A DNA stretch of 49,500 bases from an uncultured virus (IMG/VR IMGVR_UViG_3300028591_000091). Taxonomy: Duplodnaviria > Heunggongvirae > Uroviricota > Caudoviricetes. Of the stretch, positions 45,386-49,500 are shown piece after piece. The notes beneath the pieces were generated by a model. That model did not search any database. It was not told the origin of the DNA and saw only the letters and a program-made list of their open reading frames with translations. Numbering within the stretch: position 1 is the stretch's first letter; each line of letters starts with the position of its first letter. Position numbers and translations under genes: made by a program. The stretch lies in IMG/VR virus record IMGVR_UViG_3300028591_000091; one strand, written 5' to 3'.

Positions 45386-46417
45386 TGTAGAACTAGAGTA
45401 TTTGATAATAGATTTGGTCCTAGAACTTCAGTAGGACGAGGAAACCTTAGCTTTACTACAATTAACTTTGTTAAAATTGCTATTGAAGTTTCTATTGAGG
45501 ATGGATATATCTATCTTGACCCTAGAGACAAAGAATATAAAGTAGATATTACAAGAGCTACTCCTGAACTTAATGAGAAACGACTTAATAGATTTAAGGA
45601 AAAACTTTCAGAGATTACAGGTTTAGCAGCAAAACAGCTTGATGAGAGATATCAATTTCAAAAGACCGCATTAAAAAAGCAGTTCCCACTTCTTATGAGT
45701 GGACTTTGGCTTGGTTCAGATGAATTAGGTCCAGAAGATCAGCTTGGAGATGTAATTAATCAGGGAACATTAGGCATTGGATTTATTGGACTTGCAGAAG
45801 CTCTAGTGGCTTTAACCGGCCATCATCACGGAGAGGATTCAAAATGCCAGGAATATGGATTAAGTATTATTCAGCAGATGTTTGAAGATTCTAAAAAATA
45901 TTCAGAACAGTATAAGCACAATTATTCAATTTTAGCAACTCCGGCTGAGGGATTAGCTGGTAAGTTTACAAAGGTTGATCAGAAGACATATGGAAAAATT
46001 CCCGGCATTACGGAGTTCATGTTCTATACTAACTCAAATCATGTCCCTGTATACTATCCATGTTCTGCTGCTCATAAAGCTGAGATTGAAGGTCCATATC
46101 ATAAATTGACTTTGGGAGGTCATATATTCTATGTGGAAGTAGACGGCGATGCAACAAAAAATCCGGAGTCAATTATGGATATTGTTGATCTAGCTTATAA
46201 AAATAATGTTGGATATCTTTCTGTGAACCATTTCCAGACACGATGTCCAAATTGTAATTATGAGTCGAATGAAGACAATGATGGTGGAATTTGTCCTGTA
46301 TGTGGAGAGCATCTTACTGTTTTACAAAGAATTACGGGCTACCTAGTTGGAACTACAGATCGATGGAACGCTGGAAAGCTGGATGAGCTGAAGCATAGAG
46401 TACAACATACACTATAA
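45386..46417 (+). CDS. nrdD: anaerobic ribonucleoside-triphosphate reductase, exon 2
   Basis: CRT, GRGNLSFTTIN, ATPAEG, YTNS, CPNC...CPVCG and glycyl-radical motif RITGYL. Confidence 0.95.
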   Translation, partial: CRTRVFDNRFGPRTSVGRGNLSFTTINFVKIAIEVSIEDGYIYLDPRDKEYKVDITRATPELNEKRLNRFKEKLSEITGLAAKQLDERYQFQKTALKKQFPLLMSGLWLGSDELGPEDQLGDVINQGTLGIGFIGLAEALVALTGHHHGEDSKCQEYGLSIIQQMFEDSKKYSEQYKHNYSILATPAEGLAGKFTKVDQKTYGKIPGITEFMFYTNSNHVPVYYPCSAAHKAEIEGPYHKLTLGGHIFYVEVDGDATKNPESIMDIVDLAYKNNVGYLSVNHFQTRCPNCNYESNEDNDGGICPVCGEHLTVLQRITGYLVGTTDRWNAGKLDELKHRVQHTL

Positions 46418-46418
46418 A

Positions 46419-46913
46419 ATGTTGAATGTATTGAAGATTGTTCCTGATACAATAGTTGATGGACCAAGAATGAGAACTTCAATATATCTTTCAGGCTGTA
46501 ACCATGAATGTAAGGGGTGTCATAATAGAGCCAGTTGGAAATTTGGAATTGGCAAGAATTATGAAAACCAAGAGCTAATTGATTATGTATTATTGTATGA
46601 TCATAAAAGAGTTACAATATCTGGAGGGGATGGATTATGTTATCAAGTAGAAGGATTAATAAGTTTTTTGAAAGATTTGAAAGCATCTATTCCAGATTGT
46701 AATATTTGGCTCTATACCGGATATACATGGGAAGAATTAATTGTAGATCCCGAAAGAAAAGAAGTTTTAGAATATATTGATGTTCTGGTTGATGGAAAAT
46801 TTATACCAGAACTTAGATCTACTAAGTGCCTTTTTAGGGGAAGTACAAATCAAAGATTAATCGATGTGGTTAAATCTTTGAACAGTGATGAAGTAATATT
46901 ATATAGTAAATAA
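46419..46913 (+). CDS. nrdG: anaerobic RNR activase (radical SAM)
   Basis: IVDGP, GCNHECKGCHN, TISGGD, WLYTGY, DVLVDGKF, FRGSTNQR. Confidence 0.97.
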   Translation: MLNVLKIVPDTIVDGPRMRTSIYLSGCNHECKGCHNRASWKFGIGKNYENQELIDYVLLYDHKRVTISGGDGLCYQVEGLISFLKDLKASIPDCNIWLYTGYTWEELIVDPERKEVLEYIDVLVDGKFIPELRSTKCLFRGSTNQRLIDVVKSLNSDEVILYSK

Positions 46914-46917
46914 AAAT

Positions 46918-46963
46918 AGAAAGTGATAGTTTAGGGTTAAAATCTACTCTATCACTTTTCTTT
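46918..46963 (+). terminator. probable intrinsic terminator
   Basis: AAAGTGATAG/CTATCACTTT stem followed by a T-rich tract after nrdG. Confidence 0.6.
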
Positions 46964-46981
46964 AAAATAAATTACATTGTT

Positions 46982-48742
46982 ATGCCTAGTAAGAAATGGA
47001 CACAAGAAACTTGTAGAGAGGCTGCCCAAAAATTCTACAAGTTAAAAGATTTTAGGGAAAATTACCCAGGGGCATACAGTGCTGCAGTAAAAAATAATTG
47101 GATTAAAGATTACACATGGCTATCCATAGGAAAGAATGCCGGTTATTGGGATTATGAACACTGTTTAGAAGAAGCAAAGAAGTATAAAACGAAGACCGAG
47201 TTTGAAAAAGGAGCCCCGAGTGCTTGTTTCAGAGCAAGAAAAGAGGGGTGGGTTGAGGATTATACCTGGTTTGAAGACGGAAGACAGATCGAATCTAAAA
47301 AACGAAGGAAGTGGAATTATGACTCTTGTTATAAATTAGCAAAAAGTTGTAATAAGAGGTCTGAGCTAAGAGAGAAAAGTGACGCTGCATATAGAGTTGC
47401 TTTAAAAAACAATTGGATTAAGGATTATACTTGGTTTCTTTCAGATGAAGAAGTAAGACATCAAAAAAGACCATCTGCTGTTAAATGGCCTTATGAAAAA
47501 TGTAAAGAGATAGCACTGACCTGTAAAACAGCTAAAGAATTTAGAGAAAAATCTTCAAACAGTGCTTATACTATCGCAAAAAGGAGTGGATGGCTAGATG
47601 AATTTGATTGGCTTATTAGATCTGAAATTCCATTTATAGATAAAATGGATAATGTATATGCATATATATTTGAGGATCTTAATTCAGTATATGTGGGTAG
47701 AACTATTGATCCAAAAAGTAGAGATGTGGAACACAGAGGTAGCGATAAAAGCGCTGTATATAGGTTTGCTTCAAATAATAAAGTAGAAGTCCCTAAAATG
47801 ACAATTCTTGAAACAGGATTAACTTTATTAGAAGGCCTTAAACAAGAAGATTATTATAGGAATAAGTATGAACTAGAAGGATGGAAAATCCTTAATATAG
47901 CAAAAACTGGGGTGAAGAGTGGTTCTCTTGGATGTCTCAGAAGAAAATGGACAAAAGGAGAGTGTTATAAAGAGGCCAAGAAATATAGCACTCTAAAAGA
48001 CTTTCGAAAAAATTCTCCATCTGCTTATAATGTATCTTTAAAAAATAAATGGAATAAAGAATATACTTGGTTGATTTCTAATACTAAACCGAATTATTGG
48101 GACTATGAACATTGTTTCGAGGAAGCCAAAAAATATAAAACTAGAAGACAATTTCAGGATGGAAACCATTCTGCCTATGATAGTGCGCTAAAACATAAAT
48201 GGTTAAATGATTATACTTGGTTTGATCCGCCAAAATTTGTTCCTTTAAGTTACGAAGATTGTTATGAATTGGCCAAGAAATACACTAAACTTTCAGATTT
48301 TATAAAAAATTGTGGAGGGGCTTATAATAAGGCAAGAGAGAAAAGGTGGATTGTTGATTATGTTTGGCTCGAAAAGACAGATATATCACAAAAACCTGTC
48401 CTGCAGTATTCTCTTAGTGGAACTTTTATAAAAAGATATAAGGGTGTAAGGGAAGCCTGCAGAGAAAATAATTTCAGTACAAATTCTGGAATGTCTGAGT
48501 GCTGTATAGGGAAACTTAGATTTCATAAAGGATATATTTGGTGTTATGAGGGGGATGAAGATACTGTAAATGAGAGAGTAAAGACCTTTGTATTTAAGTA
48601 TGATAGTAAATATTCTCTTATAGAAGTCATTCCTAAGAAAATATCTCATATCACGAAATATATAGACACAGGTAAACTTGCTCCGGATGGTCATTATTAC
48701 TATCATGGCCCACACGAGTTTACTGACAACGAACAAAAATAA
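46982..48742 (+). CDS. free-standing GIY-YIG endonuclease with seven ~44-aa tandem repeats and a NUMOD1-like C-terminal domain
   Basis: Central NVYAYIF..VYVGRT....RDVEH...E....LNIA; repeats W.YE.C.EEAKKY....F......AY..A.K..W..DYTW; KPVLQYSLSGTFIKRYKGVREA. Confidence 0.85.
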   Translation: MPSKKWTQETCREAAQKFYKLKDFRENYPGAYSAAVKNNWIKDYTWLSIGKNAGYWDYEHCLEEAKKYKTKTEFEKGAPSACFRARKEGWVEDYTWFEDGRQIESKKRRKWNYDSCYKLAKSCNKRSELREKSDAAYRVALKNNWIKDYTWFLSDEEVRHQKRPSAVKWPYEKCKEIALTCKTAKEFREKSSNSAYTIAKRSGWLDEFDWLIRSEIPFIDKMDNVYAYIFEDLNSVYVGRTIDPKSRDVEHRGSDKSAVYRFASNNKVEVPKMTILETGLTLLEGLKQEDYYRNKYELEGWKILNIAKTGVKSGSLGCLRRKWTKGECYKEAKKYSTLKDFRKNSPSAYNVSLKNKWNKEYTWLISNTKPNYWDYEHCFEEAKKYKTRRQFQDGNHSAYDSALKHKWLNDYTWFDPPKFVPLSYEDCYELAKKYTKLSDFIKNCGGAYNKAREKRWIVDYVWLEKTDISQKPVLQYSLSGTFIKRYKGVREACRENNFSTNSGMSECCIGKLRFHKGYIWCYEGDEDTVNERVKTFVFKYDSKYSLIEVIPKKISHITKYIDTGKLAPDGHYYYHGPHEFTDNEQK

Positions 48743-48772
48743 AAACATCAAAGTACTGCTAATACCTTGGTG
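48742..48772 (-). terminator. intrinsic terminator on the minus strand
   Basis: Minus strand CACCAAGGTATT-AGC-AGTACTTTGATG followed by TTTTT. Confidence 0.65.
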
Positions 48773-49425
48773 ACCTCTTTTAGTGAGGATTTCTTTAGTG
48801 GGATACTATACTTCACTCACTTAGGTAGTAATTAAACCTATCTTGGAAATCTAACTACCTTATTGCACAGATCTAAAATGTCTACTATGCTAGGATAACT
48901 ATACCTTTCGTCGCTCGGTATATTCTCCCTAAAGTTTCTCCTATAGTTTTTCATAATGATAAACATAAAAGAGGGTTTTGATTCGACTAGGAAATTCACT
49001 AGTCTATCCGGTTATCAAAATATGAGTCGGTACATTTTGTCTTGAAACCTGGAACCTTATTTTGCGGATAAAATTCCAGGACCACTTTTAATGTGGATTT
49101 CTTGGTTGGGTTACTTTCTTTACCCGTCCTTAGTTATTGGAAACTTAATGAAGTAGTCCAACAACTTTCTGGCACAATCCTAGAATTTCGACTGTGCTAG
49201 GGTGACTATACCTTTCGTGATCAGGTACGTTCACTCTGTAGTTTCTTTTGTAATACTTTTCCATTTTTGCTGGTGTATTCAAAAGTTAGTTCGACCAGGA
49301 AATTCACTGATCTATCCGGTTATTTTCCAAGCTCTGTGAAACCGGCACACTAAAAAGGGCTTGGTTTAAAGAATAAAAAACAGCTCTCCACACGTTAAAT
49401 GTAGAAAACTGTTAAAATGTTCTTT
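48745..49425 (-). ncRNA. large structured noncoding RNA candidate made of two homologous domains
   Basis: No ORF; promoter box at 49427-49437 and terminator at 48742-48772; two copies at a 307-308 nt period with identical blocks and covarying stems; G-U pairs favour the minus strand. Confidence 0.8.
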
Positions 49426-49426
49426 C

Positions 49427-49450
49427 TATTAATAAGGATTTTAGCGTTTT
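49427..49450 (-). promoter_or_regulatory. putative phage promoter driving the ncRNA
   Basis: Minus strand AAAACGCTAAAAT-CCTTATTAATAG, followed by a long 5' hairpin ACAGTTTTCTACA/TGTGGAGAGCTGT. Confidence 0.6.
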
Positions 49451-49500
49451 CTGGACGGAGAGAAAACTTTGATTTTAAACGGATAAAAAAATAATGATAT

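Noticed and set aside
1318..46913. Inteins in ThyX, helicases, topoisomerase, ligase or NrdD
   Set aside because: No C/S...HN-C/S/T intein boundaries and protein lengths are normal or short
1771..48751. Antisense or nested ORFs in the track (e.g. 1771-1983, 3931-4119, 4577-4888, 5931-6161, 7140-7325, 9010-9195, 11503-11739, 14113-14358, 16785-17235, 18546-19084, 19334-19868, 22800-23317, 24611-24823, 25644-25838, 29409-29693, 30052-30291, 34542-34727, 35527-35727, 36675-37340, 41219-42208, 43727-43948, 48386-48751)
   Set aside because: They overlap well-supported genes or structured elements on the opposite strand and show no motifs; treated as shadow ORFs
49195..49245. Group I intron or hammerhead core suggested by AAGGTATAGTC and CTGATCACGAAA on the minus strand
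   Set aside because: No P3/P4 (P/Q) elements, no interrupted gene, and the CUGANGA consensus is not met; the segment is better explained as a long hairpin
48774..49323. CRISPR array or simple tandem repeat
   Set aside because: Only two long diverged units at a ~308-nt period; no 25-45 nt repeat-spacer periodicity and no cas genes
1..49500. Stop-codon recoding (TAG to Gln, as in some large gut phages)
   Set aside because: Genes are intact under code 11, and TAG terminates homologous C-termini at matching positions (286-288 and 26416-26418)

Overview
AT-rich (roughly 30% GC by eye), gene-dense segment of a large (jumbo-type) dsDNA bacteriophage. The host is inferred to be an anaerobic Bacteroidota member, because genes lack Shine-Dalgarno motifs, upstream regions are A-rich, promoter boxes resemble TAnnTTTG, and NrdD/NrdG are present. 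The standard genetic code is used. The window holds the replication and nucleotide-metabolism module: ThyX, primase, SF2 helicase, DnaB-like helicase, RusA-like resolvase, type II topoisomerase A and B, NAD-dependent ligase, dUTPase, NMP kinase and NrdD/NrdG. It also carries host-like genes (IF-1, GroES/GroEL, ParM-like actin, a CX5R phosphatase, a radical SAM enzyme) and many unknown ORFs. Three group I introns interrupt catalytic motifs: the helicase Walker A (LAGLIDADG gene split by a -1 frameshift), the RusA active-site motif (ORF-less, only about 164 nt) and the NrdD active-site Cys (GIY-YIG gene). The main unexplained signals are: (i) an ORF-free transcription unit of about 680 nt on the minus strand at the right end, built from two covarying, highly structured RNA domains at a ~308-nt period; (ii) a family of branched palindromic intergenic elements that share architecture but not stem sequence; (iii) a recurrent bipartite promoter AAAAYRCGY-N17-CCTWAtawwtg; and (iv) a GIY-YIG nuclease embedded in seven ~44-aa tandem repeats. 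No tRNA, rRNA, CRISPR array or recognisable major virion genes were seen. All calls come from reading motifs by eye; no database searches were run.
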